IMG/VR virus record: IMGVR_UViG_3300049075_000009
Coordinates: 1 to 63,018 of that record
Direction: 5' to 3' (one strand)
Origin: a virus
Length of the DNA stretch: 63,018 nucleotides
Shown: one piece after another, positions 49,484 through 59,529 of the stretch
Layout of the letters: the number at the start of each line of letters is the position of its first letter
How positions within the stretch are numbered: the stretch's first letter is position 1
Notes under the pieces: model-generated
Database searches by the model: none
Told to the model about the DNA's origin: nothing
Seen by the model: the letters and a program-made list of their open reading frames with translations, nothing else
Position numbers and translations under genes: made by a program

Positions 49484-49828
49484 ATGACCAGAGACGGACA
49501 AGCAATTCTAGCGGCAATTGTCATTATGGGCTTTCTGATTGCTCTTACCCTTGAACGCATCGCCAAAGCTATTGAGAAACAGAATCAAAAGCCTATAGGT
49601 AAAAGCGCGGAGGCTGAGGAGTTGAGCGATGTTGCTTTCGTTCTTAGGCAGATTCATTGCGACCTTTGCGAACTAAGGCCGAAACGGAATGAACCTGTTG
49701 ACCCTGAGAAGATAAAACGAATACACGTGGAAATGCGGCAAGGTCAGCAGGAAATAAGGCGAGTTACGATTAAACAAATGCAAAAGGCAGCGGAATTTCT
49801 TGATAATTTAGGCGAGGTGAAACTATGA
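49484..49828 (+). CDS. Membrane-anchored hypothetical protein (114 aa)
   Basis: N-terminal TM helix ILAAIVIMGFLIALTL. Confidence 0.45.
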   Translation: MTRDGQAILAAIVIMGFLIALTLERIAKAIEKQNQKPIGKSAEAEELSDVAFVLRQIHCDLCELRPKRNEPVDPEKIKRIHVEMRQGQQEIRRVTIKQMQKAAEFLDNLGEVKL

Positions 49829-50016
49829 CAATCCACTTCGGTCTTAATTTCCTCATTGCCGCCATTTCCTTGCCCCTCACGGTGCTTTTACTGTGGGTGA
49901 CGATGAAAGTGCAGACAAATAGGGGAGCGTATGTTGTGGCGGCGCTGTTGCTCGTCTTGTTGGTTTGGCTTGGGGTGGCGCAGGTGGTCGGGTGGGTGAT
50001 TGGGAGGCTGTTTTGA
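49825..50016 (+). CDS. Small two-TM protein (63 aa), holin-like topology
   Basis: ATGA coupling. LNFLIAAISLPLTVLLLWV and AYVVAALLLVLLVWLGVAQVVGWVIG. Confidence 0.45.
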   Translation: MTIHFGLNFLIAAISLPLTVLLLWVTMKVQTNRGAYVVAALLLVLLVWLGVAQVVGWVIGRLF

Positions 50017-50180
50017 AGGAAAAAGACTACATCAACGCCACCAACCTAGCGAAATTGCGAATTGCCAAGCAAATCATTGGCGACGTTACCAGCGCAGGCG
50101 GGACTATTGAGAAATACGAACTTGCCGACATCGACGAACGCATTTATCTACTGATTGAAAGGCTGGAAAGGAAGGTGTGA
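50013..50180 (+). CDS. Small hypothetical protein (55 aa, TTG start)
   Basis: TTG overlaps the upstream TGA. Weak evidence. Confidence 0.3.
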   Translation: MKEKDYINATNLAKLRIAKQIIGDVTSAGGTIEKYELADIDERIYLLIERLERKV

Positions 50181-50184
50181 GGCT

Positions 50185-50406
50185 ATGAACGACGTTGATA
50201 AAAACAGACTGAGGCAAATTAAAGCACAGGCCGATTTTCTCTATCAGTCAATCAGTGAACTGGCAGAAGACTTAGCAGAAGAGTATCCAGTTGGCACAGA
50301 TGAACGCGAAGAGGTTTTCGATAATCCGATTCGTGAAATTGCAAAGAATATACTGGAGGCCGCTGATGTTGACGATTGTGGCGCGTGTCCACTTTGCCAG
50401 TGTTAG
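50185..50406 (+). CDS. Acidic hypothetical protein (73 aa) with C-terminal CGACPLCQC
   Basis: Internal ATG 50185. Confidence 0.45.
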   Translation: MNDVDKNRLRQIKAQADFLYQSISELAEDLAEEYPVGTDEREEVFDNPIREIAKNILEAADVDDCGACPLCQC

Positions 50407-50417
50407 GAAATAACCCT

Positions 50418-50591
50418 ATGCCCCAAACCCTCTCACATCTTAGAGAAAACACACCGCCCCTGGTTGAGCAGCGGTGTCCGGTCTGTAAACGCATTCTTAT
50501 GGCTACCGACGCCCTGAGTGGTACGGTGAGGGTAAAATGCCCACGGTGCGGCGTGTTGCGGGATATTCATATCGAAAAGAAAGCGAGTTGA
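50418..50591 (+). CDS. Com-like zinc-ribbon protein (57 aa)
   Basis: RCPVCKRILMATDALSGTVRVKCPRCGVLRDI fits the Mu Com family pattern (C-x2-C ... hydrophobic-x-KCPRC). Confidence 0.55.
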   Translation: MPQTLSHLRENTPPLVEQRCPVCKRILMATDALSGTVRVKCPRCGVLRDIHIEKKAS

Positions 50592-50595
50592 GATT

Positions 50596-50775
50596 ATGAA
50601 ATTTGAACTTTACAAAGACAAAATGAGGCAGTATCGCTGGCGGTTAGTTGCTGCGAATGGCGAAACTATCGCTGATTGCGCGGAAGGGTATAAGACAAAA
50701 GCGAAGTGCAAGGCAGGGCTTGTGTCTGTGAAAGTCGAAGCCGCTGCCGCCGAAGTCGTGGAGGTTACAAAATAA
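50596..50775 (+). CDS. DUF1508 (YegP-like) domain protein (59 aa), absent from the ORF track
   Basis: MKFELYKDKMRQYRWRLVAANGETIADCAEGYKTKAKCKAGLVSVK is the typical YegP repeat pattern. Confidence 0.6.
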   Translation: MKFELYKDKMRQYRWRLVAANGETIADCAEGYKTKAKCKAGLVSVKVEAAAAEVVEVTK

Positions 50776-50933
50776 AGTTTGACCCCGACCGCGAGATAGA
50801 GTATAGTCCGAGCGGATTAAACACAATTTGAGCGCCTGAGTGCGCCACATAAATTAGAGCGCTTCTGAGTAAGCCAATTGGGATTGAGAAATCTTTCCTA
50901 GTTGGCTTTTTGCTTTTTGGGGAGAAAGTCAGT

Positions 50934-51401
50934 ATGAGCAACTATTCAGGCAATTTCAGAATAATGGACGCGGGTGGGATGACGCAATCCTGCATCGGCG
51001 CTCGCTACAACGAAGACGGTACACCTATCAGCGGCGTGGTGTTTGGCGTCAACACAGTTTCAAAGCTAGAGACCTATCACGCCAATCAACTTGTGTTACT
51101 TCCCTCCGACTGGCAATCCTGGTCACAATCCAATCTTCCCCCAACCGGATTATTGTGTGTCCACACCGAGGATTACCCATTGGGTGAAGCGGATAACGTG
51201 CTGGCTGCCGCTGACCGATTGCGCCGTCAGGTCTTAGACGAAATGCGCGGTGGTGGAAGCGTAGAGGTCGAAGTTCCCGCAGACCCCGCGCCAACCGTGC
51301 AGCAAAACACAGCGCCCCTCATTGACCCCGCCGACAAGAATCAAGATGGCGTGGTTACAAAACAAGAGCGCAAACAGCATCGGCGTGAAAGCGAAGCATA
51401 G
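50934..51401 (+). CDS. Hypothetical protein (155 aa)
   Basis: Internal ATG preceded by GGGGAGAAAG. Confidence 0.5.
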   Translation: MSNYSGNFRIMDAGGMTQSCIGARYNEDGTPISGVVFGVNTVSKLETYHANQLVLLPSDWQSWSQSNLPPTGLLCVHTEDYPLGEADNVLAAADRLRRQVLDEMRGGGSVEVEVPADPAPTVQQNTAPLIDPADKNQDGVVTKQERKQHRRESEA

Positions 51402-51481
51402 TCCTTCCCCTAACGGGCGGCAGGGGATTTGCAATGGGGCATCCAGGCCCCTGCCGATTTTTCAAACTGAGGATTTCCAAT

Positions 51482-51688
51482 ATGCCAGTCTACGAAAAAG
51501 AAAAGCCGAAGCGGAAAGTCAGATTCTTTCCAATCTACAGCAAACGCAAATTGAATCCCGAAACGGGCAAGCTTGAGGTTGACACGAACTGGACGCCGCA
51601 AACCCTCAAGGGTGCGAAAGTGAAGGGCGTTGGCAAGAAGCAGCGCAAGCGACCATCCAAGCAAAGGAAAGAGCAAATAGCAGCCTAA
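51482..51688 (+). CDS. Highly basic small protein (68 aa)
   Basis: Internal ATG preceded by GAGGA. Lys/Arg-rich. Confidence 0.45.
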   Translation: MPVYEKEKPKRKVRFFPIYSKRKLNPETGKLEVDTNWTPQTLKGAKVKGVGKKQRKRPSKQRKEQIAA

Positions 51689-51694
51689 ACCCTT

Positions 51695-53404
51695 ATGTCG
51701 ACACAACCACAACTCACCCCTGACAAGTTAGCCTCTGTAGCTCGCGCCTACCGGGTGGCTGATGTTGTGTGTGGGGTAAATTCGTTTGATTCATACCGTT
51801 TCAGGGTTCACGACTACATCGAGGAAAAACTTCGCTACAAAGCCTGGAGAGGTGAAAACGGCGCAACCGGGCAGGCTGAGGTTATTGATTATTACGAGCT
51901 GGTATTGAAGCAGTTGCATGAGCGAAGGGATTACGAGCAAGGCAAGCTGAAGATAGGCCAGTTGCGGTACTGGCGACCGGGGCAGGAGATAAAGAACTGG
52001 ATTTCTGTCGATGCTGGTCACAATGTGGGCAAGACCACGGAAGGCGCTTTCTTAGTCAATCATTTCTTCGATTGTTTCCCGGCTATCGGCTACTGCTTCG
52101 CGCCATCCTATGAGCAGATAAATGATTTACTGTTCAAAGAAATCAGGGTGCAGAGAAGAGGCAAGGGGCTGCTTGGGGAGGTGTTGGAAGAGCCCAAAAT
52201 CAAGCACACTGAAGACCATTTCGTAAAAGGCAAGGCCACCAACAATAGCAACAATACGGGAACTGAACGGGCGCAAGGCCAGCATAATGAATATTTAATC
52301 TTCGTCATTGATGAAGCTGAGGGCGTGCCGAAGTTCGTTTATGATGCTATCAAATCAATGGCTTCGGGCGGCATTGCCATTGTCATAATCCTGCGTAACC
52401 CTCGCACGACTATTTGTGAAGCCGCCAAAGTCCGCAAGCAAAGCAACGTCAAATCTTTCCGCATATCCTGCCTAGACCATCCGAATGTGGTACAGGATAG
52501 AGAAATCATACCGGGCTCTGTGCGGCGACAGTATGTTACTGAAATGCTGGAAGGGTGCGAGGTAGTGAAAGAGCATTCGGCGGATGACCATACGTTTGAG
52601 TTGCCCTGGCAAGAGAGTGTCATTTACCGCCCCTCCCTTGAATTTCTTTGGCGTGTTCTGGGTATCGCTTCCAGTAAAGGTACGGATGACACGTTCTGTT
52701 CGCCGGGGCGCTATGACGCGGCTTGCGTGAATGAAGCATATGGGGGGGATGATGAATCAGAAGCCTTCCTTGGTGTTGATGCGGCCCGCTACGGCAACGA
52801 CAAAGGCACTATTTATGTCCGGCATTCTGGCAAGGTCTGGAAGGATTCGGAAATCAGCAAACAAGATGGATTTATCTACTACCTGAAGGTCAAAGAAGCT
52901 TGTCAAAAACTGAAACAGATGGGCGTTAAAAGAATCCAAGTTCGCCTTGATGCTGGCGGCGGTTACGCTTCAACGGCTATTGACAACCTGAACAGAGACG
53001 CTGATTTGAAAGAATGGTTTGATAGTTTTGAAGTGATTGAAGTTCACAACAACGGCAAACCAAGTGACCCGGCAAAGTACGCCGATTTAGTCACTGAGAT
53101 GTACGCGGACGCCTGCCAACAATTGAAGGCGCTACGGTTAGAGTCGCCATCGTCCAATCTTGAAGTTGACTTATGTGAGCGCAAATACACCTACGTCATC
53201 AAGACCGGTTTAGTGGATGGCAAAACGCGCCTTGACCTGAAACAACTGGAAAGCAAAGAGAAGTTTAAGGATAGATTCCATCGCTCGCCTGATGACGGGG
53301 ATGGGTTTGTGTTGGCGGTGGCGAATAAGAGGCTGTTTAGAAATGGTGACATCAACATAGACGGCCTCATCAGCCTGACAGGACAAAGTAAGTGGAATGG
53401 CTAA
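51695..53404 (+). CDS. terL: Terminase large subunit
   Basis: 569 aa. Walker A-like DAGHNVGKTT, Walker B LIFVIDEAEG. Directly upstream of and overlapping the portal gene. Confidence 0.8.
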   Translation: MSTQPQLTPDKLASVARAYRVADVVCGVNSFDSYRFRVHDYIEEKLRYKAWRGENGATGQAEVIDYYELVLKQLHERRDYEQGKLKIGQLRYWRPGQEIKNWISVDAGHNVGKTTEGAFLVNHFFDCFPAIGYCFAPSYEQINDLLFKEIRVQRRGKGLLGEVLEEPKIKHTEDHFVKGKATNNSNNTGTERAQGQHNEYLIFVIDEAEGVPKFVYDAIKSMASGGIAIVIILRNPRTTICEAAKVRKQSNVKSFRISCLDHPNVVQDREIIPGSVRRQYVTEMLEGCEVVKEHSADDHTFELPWQESVIYRPSLEFLWRVLGIASSKGTDDTFCSPGRYDAACVNEAYGGDDESEAFLGVDAARYGNDKGTIYVRHSGKVWKDSEISKQDGFIYYLKVKEACQKLKQMGVKRIQVRLDAGGGYASTAIDNLNRDADLKEWFDSFEVIEVHNNGKPSDPAKYADLVTEMYADACQQLKALRLESPSSNLEVDLCERKYTYVIKTGLVDGKTRLDLKQLESKEKFKDRFHRSPDDGDGFVLAVANKRLFRNGDINIDGLISLTGQSKWNG

Positions 53405-54785
53405 GGGTAACAAGAACACTCCCACTCCTGATATGGCTGAACTTGGCGCGACCGGGTTACAGCGGCAAAGTGGCTACGTATTTGAGGAGCAGTTACGAGA
53501 GTTAAAGGGCCAATTATGGACTCGCAAAGTCCGAGAGATGGTTGACAACGATAGTACGGTTGGGGCAATCCTTTACGCGATTGAAATGCTGGCCCGCCAG
53601 ACGAATTGGGAAGTGGTTGGATTCGATGAAAGCAATGAAGCCAAAGCCGATGCTGAGTTCTTTCAGACCGCGATGTTTGACGATATGTCTCACACTTGGT
53701 CGGATATGCTGGGTGAGATGCTGACAATGCTTCCATTTGGCTGGTGCTATATGGAGGAGGTCTATAAGAGAAGAGAGGGTGATACCAACGACCCCTCTAC
53801 TCGGAGCCGATACAAAGACAACAAGATTGGCTGGCGGAAATGGTCAATTCGGGCTCAAGAGACTTTGACAAAATGGGACTTTGACGAATCGGGCGGTGTT
53901 CAAGCTATGAGGCAGAGGACAGCCCCCGATTATGTAGAGCGCGTCATCCCTATACAGAAAGCGCAGTTGCATCGGACGACCAGCAGAAAGGGTAACCCAG
54001 AGGGTAGATCAATTCTCCGCAATGCCTATAAAGATTACTACTTCAAGTCCACCATCGGGCGGATTGAAGCGATTGGAATTGAAAGAGACTTGGCGGGCTT
54101 GCCGGTTGCCCTGGTGCCGCCTGAATTGTTTAGCAGTAACGCCACGGGTGAGCAGCAGGCGATACTTGCGGAGATAAAAAAAATCGTCACAAACATTCGG
54201 CGTGATGAGCAGGAAGGCTTGGTTTTCCCGCTGAAGTATGATGGTGCCGGAAAGCCTATGTACGAGTTCAAGTTGTTATCGAGCGGTGGCAGCAGGCAAT
54301 TCGATACCGATAAGATTTACCAGCGTTACAACACAGGAATGGCGGTTTCCATACTGGCCGACTTTCTTTTCTTGGGTCACGAGGGTACGGGTTCATACGC
54401 CCTCAGTATGGACAAGACGCAGATATTCAGCACGGCCCTAAGTGGCTTCTTGGATTCGATTTGTGATGTGGTAAACAGGTATTCGATTCCCAGATTGGCC
54501 CGATTCAACGGAATGCAGACTGAGAAGCTGCCCAAACTTCAGCATGGCAAGGTTGAGGCCGTGGACTTGAAGCAGCTTGGTGATTTCATCAAGAGCGTCA
54601 GTGGTGCAGGCTTTGATTTGCCAGCCGTTGACGGACTTCTCTCAAACCTTCTTGAGCGGGCGGGCCTTCCGGTGCCGGAAGATGAAGAGGAGATGGACAG
54701 GAAAGATAACGGAGAGGATGAGGAGACGGATGCCGAGAATCGTAACAAGGAAAGTGACGAAGCCGAAGAGGAAGATGGCGCTTAA
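53397..54785 (+). CDS. Portal protein (Mu gp29/DUF935-like)
   Basis: 462 aa, 8-nt overlap with terL, acidic C-terminus. Followed by a head-morphogenesis-like gene. Confidence 0.7.
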   Translation: MAKGNKNTPTPDMAELGATGLQRQSGYVFEEQLRELKGQLWTRKVREMVDNDSTVGAILYAIEMLARQTNWEVVGFDESNEAKADAEFFQTAMFDDMSHTWSDMLGEMLTMLPFGWCYMEEVYKRREGDTNDPSTRSRYKDNKIGWRKWSIRAQETLTKWDFDESGGVQAMRQRTAPDYVERVIPIQKAQLHRTTSRKGNPEGRSILRNAYKDYYFKSTIGRIEAIGIERDLAGLPVALVPPELFSSNATGEQQAILAEIKKIVTNIRRDEQEGLVFPLKYDGAGKPMYEFKLLSSGGSRQFDTDKIYQRYNTGMAVSILADFLFLGHEGTGSYALSMDKTQIFSTALSGFLDSICDVVNRYSIPRLARFNGMQTEKLPKLQHGKVEAVDLKQLGDFIKSVSGAGFDLPAVDGLLSNLLERAGLPVPEDEEEMDRKDNGEDEETDAENRNKESDEAEEEDGA

Positions 54786-54921
54786 TCTTGTGCAGCCCAA
54801 AGATGGGGATGCTGGTGAGCAGGCAAAGGTTAGCCAGTCGGATTGGAAAGGCGCAAACAAAGACTGGAAAGCGAACGCGCCTAAAGAGTTTGTGAATTTG
54901 TTGGAGGCTAAGAAGGCATAA
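54775..54921 (+). CDS. Small hypothetical protein (48 aa)
   Basis: ATG 54775 overlapping the portal 3' end. Confidence 0.35.
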   Translation: MALNLVQPKDGDAGEQAKVSQSDWKGANKDWKANAPKEFVNLLEAKKA

Positions 54922-54924
54922 AGG

Positions 54925-55530
54925 ATGGCAACACAGCCTCGTTACTTTTGGGACTCTGATAGTCGCCGCTACAACAGCGACAGAGGGAAAATTCTCAAGC
55001 CCGAAAAGGTCAGAGAAGTTCTGGATGGCGTAGTTGATAAGAGTAGCAAGACACGGCTCATTGAATTAGGGAAAAGATTGCAGAGCGGTTCCATCTCCAT
55101 TCCTGAATGGTACACGCGCAGCATTCCCTTGATTAAGCAGGCGCATTTGCAGGCAGCAGCCACGGCAGCAGGCGGGATGAATAATCTAACGCCATCGCAG
55201 CGCGGCTATTTAGGCTCTCGCCTCCGTAGCGAATACGCCTATTTCAAGCAACTGGCGTTGGATGTTGAGGCGGGGTTGAAATTGGATGGCAAATTCCTTG
55301 ACCGTCTTGGAATGTATGCCGATGCTGCCATACCAACGCACGAAGAAATGAAAAGAAGGCTGGAGATTGATGCGGGGACGAAAGAGGAGCGTAACATTTT
55401 GGGCGCATCTGACCATTGTAGCGAGTGCGTTGAAGAAACGGGTAAGGGTTGGGTTGAGATTGGGAGTTTGAAAGCCGTAGGGAGTCGTAAGTGCCTCAGC
55501 AAGTGCCGTTGTAGATTGGAGTTTCGATAA
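54925..55530 (+). CDS. Head morphogenesis / minor capsid protein (Mu F/SPP1 gp7-like)
   Basis: Position after the portal gene. C-terminal Cys cluster CSECVEE...CLSKCRCRL. Confidence 0.5.
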   Translation: MATQPRYFWDSDSRRYNSDRGKILKPEKVREVLDGVVDKSSKTRLIELGKRLQSGSISIPEWYTRSIPLIKQAHLQAAATAAGGMNNLTPSQRGYLGSRLRSEYAYFKQLALDVEAGLKLDGKFLDRLGMYADAAIPTHEEMKRRLEIDAGTKEERNILGASDHCSECVEETGKGWVEIGSLKAVGSRKCLSKCRCRLEFR

Positions 55531-55817
55531 TGAATCAAGAAATCTTAAAAGCTCTGACCGATTACATTGATGCTGCCGTTGAATTGGGTGTTGCGCTACA
55601 CGCGGAGGCAGGTGGTCACGATTATAACGATGGCGATGATTCATCTTGTTGGGAAGAAAAGAAAAAGACCGATGAGGCAAGGACTAAACTCTTCTCTTTG
55701 CTTGCGCCAAGACCGTTCCCCGTTGAATCAGGGATGGTCTATGACTTCGCTACTAATTCCGCATCCGTTATTGAGAAGGGCAAAACCGTAGAGATTCAAA
55801 AGGACTTTTTACAATGA
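55530..55817 (+). CDS. Hypothetical protein (95 aa)
   Basis: TAATG coupling to the upstream gene. Confidence 0.45.
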   Translation: MNQEILKALTDYIDAAVELGVALHAEAGGHDYNDGDDSSCWEEKKKTDEARTKLFSLLAPRPFPVESGMVYDFATNSASVIEKGKTVEIQKDFLQ

Positions 55818-57196
55818 ATGTACTTGAAATCTTAACATCGCAAGTGTGGGCCATTCAGCCTGAGATGTTGAAAACGATGCAAGCTATCGCCAGCCGGGAA
55901 AATGCCATTTCCATAGAGGCATTGGAGGCCAAGTTGGGGAAGCCGCTGGATAATGCCCGTGTTGTTTCTGTTCGTGATGGCGTTGCTATCGTTCCCATTA
56001 ATGGCCCAATTATGCGGCGCGCAAACCTGTTCAGCGCAATCAGTGGCGCAACCTCTACGGAGATGTTCGCCAAAGATATTACGACAGCATTGGAGAATCC
56101 GAATGTGAGCAGTATATTGCTGACCTTCGATTCTCCAGGCGGTCAAGCAAGCGGCATAAGCGAACTGGCGCAGATGATACGGGATGCGGATTCGGTGAAG
56201 CCTGTTAAGGCTTATGTGAGCGGCGCTGCTGGCTCCGCTGCCTACTGGCTGGCCTCTGCTGCCTCTGAAATCGTGGTAGATAAGACAGCGGTATTGGGCT
56301 CGATTGGTGTGGTGCTGTCCATCACGAAGAAGACGGATGAGGCGGGCTCCTCTACCTATGAAGTTTACTCAACGCAATCGCCAAAGAAGAGAACAGACCC
56401 AGCTACCGACGAGGGCAAAGCAGACCTTCAAACCATTGCCGATGATATGGCAGCGGTGTTCGTTGAGTCAGTTGCGGCATTTCGCGGCGTTGATGTTGAT
56501 ACTGTTCTATCCAACTACGGGCAGGGCGGCGTAATGGTTGGAAAGGCGGCTGTAAAAGCTGGCCTTGCAGACCGTCTTGGAAGTTTTGAAGGGGTGTTGG
56601 CAGAGATGTCCAATGCCCATAAACCAATGCCTCAAAAGGGCAAAAATGGAGGTGTGAAAATGGCAGATGATAAAGATAAGGTGAAGGCCGATGCTGACGA
56701 GGTAGACCCGAAGGCGAAGATTGAACTGGATACTTCCGCCGAACTGAAAGCCCAACTTGAGGCATTGCAGTCCGAAAACCAGGGGCTGAAGAAAGCGACG
56801 GAATTGCAGGCGGCAAGCATTCAAAAGCTTGAGGCCGATGCCTTAAAGACGCGGCTTGATGCGCAGGTTAAATCATTCGGCGGAGGCGCTGAGGACTTAA
56901 CATTCCTGACTAAACTGGCGGGCGCTTTTGGTGAAGATTCGGAAGAGGTCAAAAAGTACGTCACCGATAAGAAGGCCACTGCCGAGCAGTTGAAAGCCAG
57001 TGGCTTCTTCAAAGAGTTGGGCGCGGATGCCAGTGGTGATGGTAATTCGGCGGCAGCGCAACTGGAGGCCAAAGCGAAAGCGTTACAGGCGACCGACCCG
57101 AAGTTGAGTTACGCTGCCGCATACGCTCAGGTGATGGACATAAACCCGGCTCTGTACGACCAGTACAAGGCTGAATCTCGTAAGGGGGTGAACTAA
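55814..57196 (+). CDS. S49 (SppA/ClpP-fold) prohead protease fused to a coiled-coil scaffold-like C-terminal half
   Basis: VSVRDGVAIVPINGPI, LLTFDSPGGQASG, AYVSGAAGSAAYWLASAA..IVVDKTAVLGSIGV is the S49 pattern. The C-terminal ~190 aa are Ala/Lys/Glu-rich. Confidence 0.8.
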   Translation: MNVLEILTSQVWAIQPEMLKTMQAIASRENAISIEALEAKLGKPLDNARVVSVRDGVAIVPINGPIMRRANLFSAISGATSTEMFAKDITTALENPNVSSILLTFDSPGGQASGISELAQMIRDADSVKPVKAYVSGAAGSAAYWLASAASEIVVDKTAVLGSIGVVLSITKKTDEAGSSTYEVYSTQSPKKRTDPATDEGKADLQTIADDMAAVFVESVAAFRGVDVDTVLSNYGQGGVMVGKAAVKAGLADRLGSFEGVLAEMSNAHKPMPQKGKNGGVKMADDKDKVKADADEVDPKAKIELDTSAELKAQLEALQSENQGLKKATELQAASIQKLEADALKTRLDAQVKSFGGGAEDLTFLTKLAGAFGEDSEEVKKYVTDKKATAEQLKASGFFKELGADASGDGNSAAAQLEAKAKALQATDPKLSYAAAYAQVMDINPALYDQYKAESRKGVN

Positions 57197-57197
57197 T

Positions 57198-57581
57198 ATG
57201 GCAGTTGAAGGCCCGCAACCAATTAAATGGACATTTCTGGCTGGCGGCACGATTGTGCAATACACATTCGTGAAATTGTCTGCTGCAAACACTGTCGTGG
57301 CCTGTTCTGGCACGACTGACAAACCTATCGGCGTTGCTCAGGAGGGCGCTGTCTCTGGCGGCGATGTAAGCGTGGTCATTTCTGGCATCACGAAGCTTGA
57401 AGGTGATGCGGACTTGACGAGCGGCAATGCTATCGGCACCAGCTCCGACGCGCAGGCCGCAGCCTATTCCGTTACCGACACAACCAAGTACATTGTGGGG
57501 ACGGTTTTGATTGATAATGGCGCTGCCGGCGGATTGATTACCGCTGTTGTGGATTGCGCAGCACCGAGAGTATTAGCCTAA
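57198..57581 (+). CDS. Head decoration-like protein (DUF2190-like)
   Basis: 127 aa between the protease/scaffold and capsid genes. FVKLSAANTVV....KPIGVAQE....GDVSVVISGITKLE resembles the DUF2190 pattern. Confidence 0.55.
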   Translation: MAVEGPQPIKWTFLAGGTIVQYTFVKLSAANTVVACSGTTDKPIGVAQEGAVSGGDVSVVISGITKLEGDADLTSGNAIGTSSDAQAAAYSVTDTTKYIVGTVLIDNGAAGGLITAVVDCAAPRVLA

Positions 57582-57733
57582 TGACAAAAGCGACGGAAGT
57601 TTTAATTCTGACCCTCGTTCGGCAAGCCAAAGGCGCGTTGGTTGCCGTTGAGAAATGGGTTACGGAAACACAGTCGCACGAATTGGCACCACCTGAAATG
57701 AAACTGGAATCGCGCCCGGAAATAAGGCAATGA
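57581..57733 (+). CDS. Small hypothetical protein (50 aa)
   Basis: TAATG coupling. MTKATEVLILTLVRQAKGALVAVEKW... Confidence 0.35.
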   Translation: MTKATEVLILTLVRQAKGALVAVEKWVTETQSHELAPPEMKLESRPEIRQ

Positions 57734-57812
57734 AAACAAGCTCGCTGCAAATCCCGCCTCGTGCCGCATTTGCAATACGCCACCTTGTTGAAAAACACGG
57801 AGGATATTGTAA

Positions 57813-58775
57813 ATGGGACAGCCAACGAGAAGCCAAGTTCACGCCGTAGATACGCCGCTCACAAACGTGAGCACGGCATATATTCAGAGCGCGAATAACT
57901 TTATCGCCACGAAGGTTTCGCCTATCGTGCCGGTAGATCACAAGACAGATAAATACTACACCTACACGAAAGCCGATTGGTTGAGAGACGAGGCCAAGCC
58001 TCGCGCCGACGCCACAGAGAGTGCCGGGAGCGGGTGGGGAATGTCAACGGGGTCATACTCCTGTGATGTATTCGCCCTGCACAAAGACATAGGCGATCAG
58101 GTGAGAGCTAACGCCGATGCGGGTATCAATCTGGATGCCGATGCTGCCCGATTCCTGGCCCAGCGCATGCTTCTGCGCCAAGAGATTCAGTGGGTGACGG
58201 ATATGTTCACGACCTCCGTGTGGGCAACAGACTTGACGCCCACGAATCTGTGGTCAGATTTCGCCGCCTCAGACCCGATTGAAGACATCGAGACAGGGAA
58301 AGAAACCATCATTTCAACCACAGGGCAGGAAGCCAATACCCTCGTTTTGGGCTATCAGGTGGCGCGAAAGCTGCGCAATCACCCCGACATCATTGACAGA
58401 CTGAAGGGCGTTATGGCGGTCACGGGTAATACTGTGAATGACGCGATGCTGGCGCAAATCTTCGGCGTCAAAAACGTTTATGTCGCCAAGGCCATCAAGA
58501 ATACTGCGGTTGAAGGCGAGACTGCGGCCTATTCCTTCGTGATGGGCAAGCACGCGCTGTTGTTGCACGTCGCTGAGAATCCCGGCCTGCTCATTCCTTC
58601 AGCCTCCTACACCTTTTCGTGGCGCGGCGTGAGTATGGGGCTGGGCGCGGACATCGGGACAAAGACTTTCCGCCTGGAAGCGTTGGCGGCGGATAGAGTT
58701 GAGTCGCAGATCGCATTTGACAATAAAGTTGTGGCAACCGACCTTGGATATTTTTTCAATGGCGCAGTTGCATGA
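57813..58775 (+). CDS. Major capsid protein
   Basis: 320 aa, GGAGGA RBS. Call rests on position after the protease/scaffold and decoration genes. Confidence 0.7.
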   Translation: MGQPTRSQVHAVDTPLTNVSTAYIQSANNFIATKVSPIVPVDHKTDKYYTYTKADWLRDEAKPRADATESAGSGWGMSTGSYSCDVFALHKDIGDQVRANADAGINLDADAARFLAQRMLLRQEIQWVTDMFTTSVWATDLTPTNLWSDFAASDPIEDIETGKETIISTTGQEANTLVLGYQVARKLRNHPDIIDRLKGVMAVTGNTVNDAMLAQIFGVKNVYVAKAIKNTAVEGETAAYSFVMGKHALLLHVAENPGLLIPSASYTFSWRGVSMGLGADIGTKTFRLEALAADRVESQIAFDNKVVATDLGYFFNGAVA

Positions 58776-58822
58776 TTTTTGGCTTTAACCAGGCGCATCA
58801 TCCCGGCGTCTTTGGAGGGATT

Positions 58823-59266
58823 ATGAATCAGTTACAGCTAAAGGCATACCTTGAGAATCAGGGTATCGAACACATTACAACAGGTAAGAGGCTGCGGGTT
58901 ATGGACAAGAGCCTCTTACCCCAAGCTTACCGCGATTACTTTGACGAAAGAGGTTTTCTTCTGGAGGGCAAAATGGACGAGACAAAAAAAGATGAAGAGG
59001 CGGCACTTGAAGCGGCCAAGAAATTGACCAAGAAAATTGATGCGGTTTTGCCGATGGGTGAAACGGAAAAGGAAATGACCGTTATGGGCCTATTAAACCC
59101 TGATGGCGATACGAAAGTTCCGGCGCATCTTGAGAGCCACGAGCCGAAAGGGAGCAGCCTATTGCAGAAAGAAATGGCTGCGGGTGAGGAAGAGGTGGTG
59201 GAAGAGGCGGACGAGCCGAAGGTCAAAGCGACCACCGCGCCGAAAGGTAAAGGGAAGAAGAAATGA
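58823..59266 (+). CDS. Hypothetical Lys/Glu-rich protein (147 aa)
   Basis: Internal ATG 58823 preceded by GGAGGG. Confidence 0.45.
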   Translation: MNQLQLKAYLENQGIEHITTGKRLRVMDKSLLPQAYRDYFDERGFLLEGKMDETKKDEEAALEAAKKLTKKIDAVLPMGETEKEMTVMGLLNPDGDTKVPAHLESHEPKGSSLLQKEMAAGEEEVVEEADEPKVKATTAPKGKGKKK

Positions 59267-59472
59267 GCAATGCTACACACGTTGTGGTCAAACCTTTTGA
59301 GGTTGAAGCGGGGAGGCAACTCAAGACCGGTACGGAAGTGGATGCGTCCGAGTGGCGTAACACCGACAAGCTTGTGACTCATCGCTACCTGAAGGCGTTG
59401 CCAGCGGTAGTTGTGTCGCAGCAAAAAGAAGCGCCGAGACAGCAGAGCGGCAACCATCAACAGAGAAGATAA
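59263..59472 (+). CDS. Hypothetical protein (69 aa)
   Basis: ATGA coupling to the upstream gene. Confidence 0.45.
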   Translation: MSNATHVVVKPFEVEAGRQLKTGTEVDASEWRNTDKLVTHRYLKALPAVVVSQQKEAPRQQSGNHQQRR

Positions 59473-59529
59473 CCTATTGCTCAGCAATGAGCACCAGTAC
59501 AGGAGCAATCCTGATTTAAGGGGGTTTTA

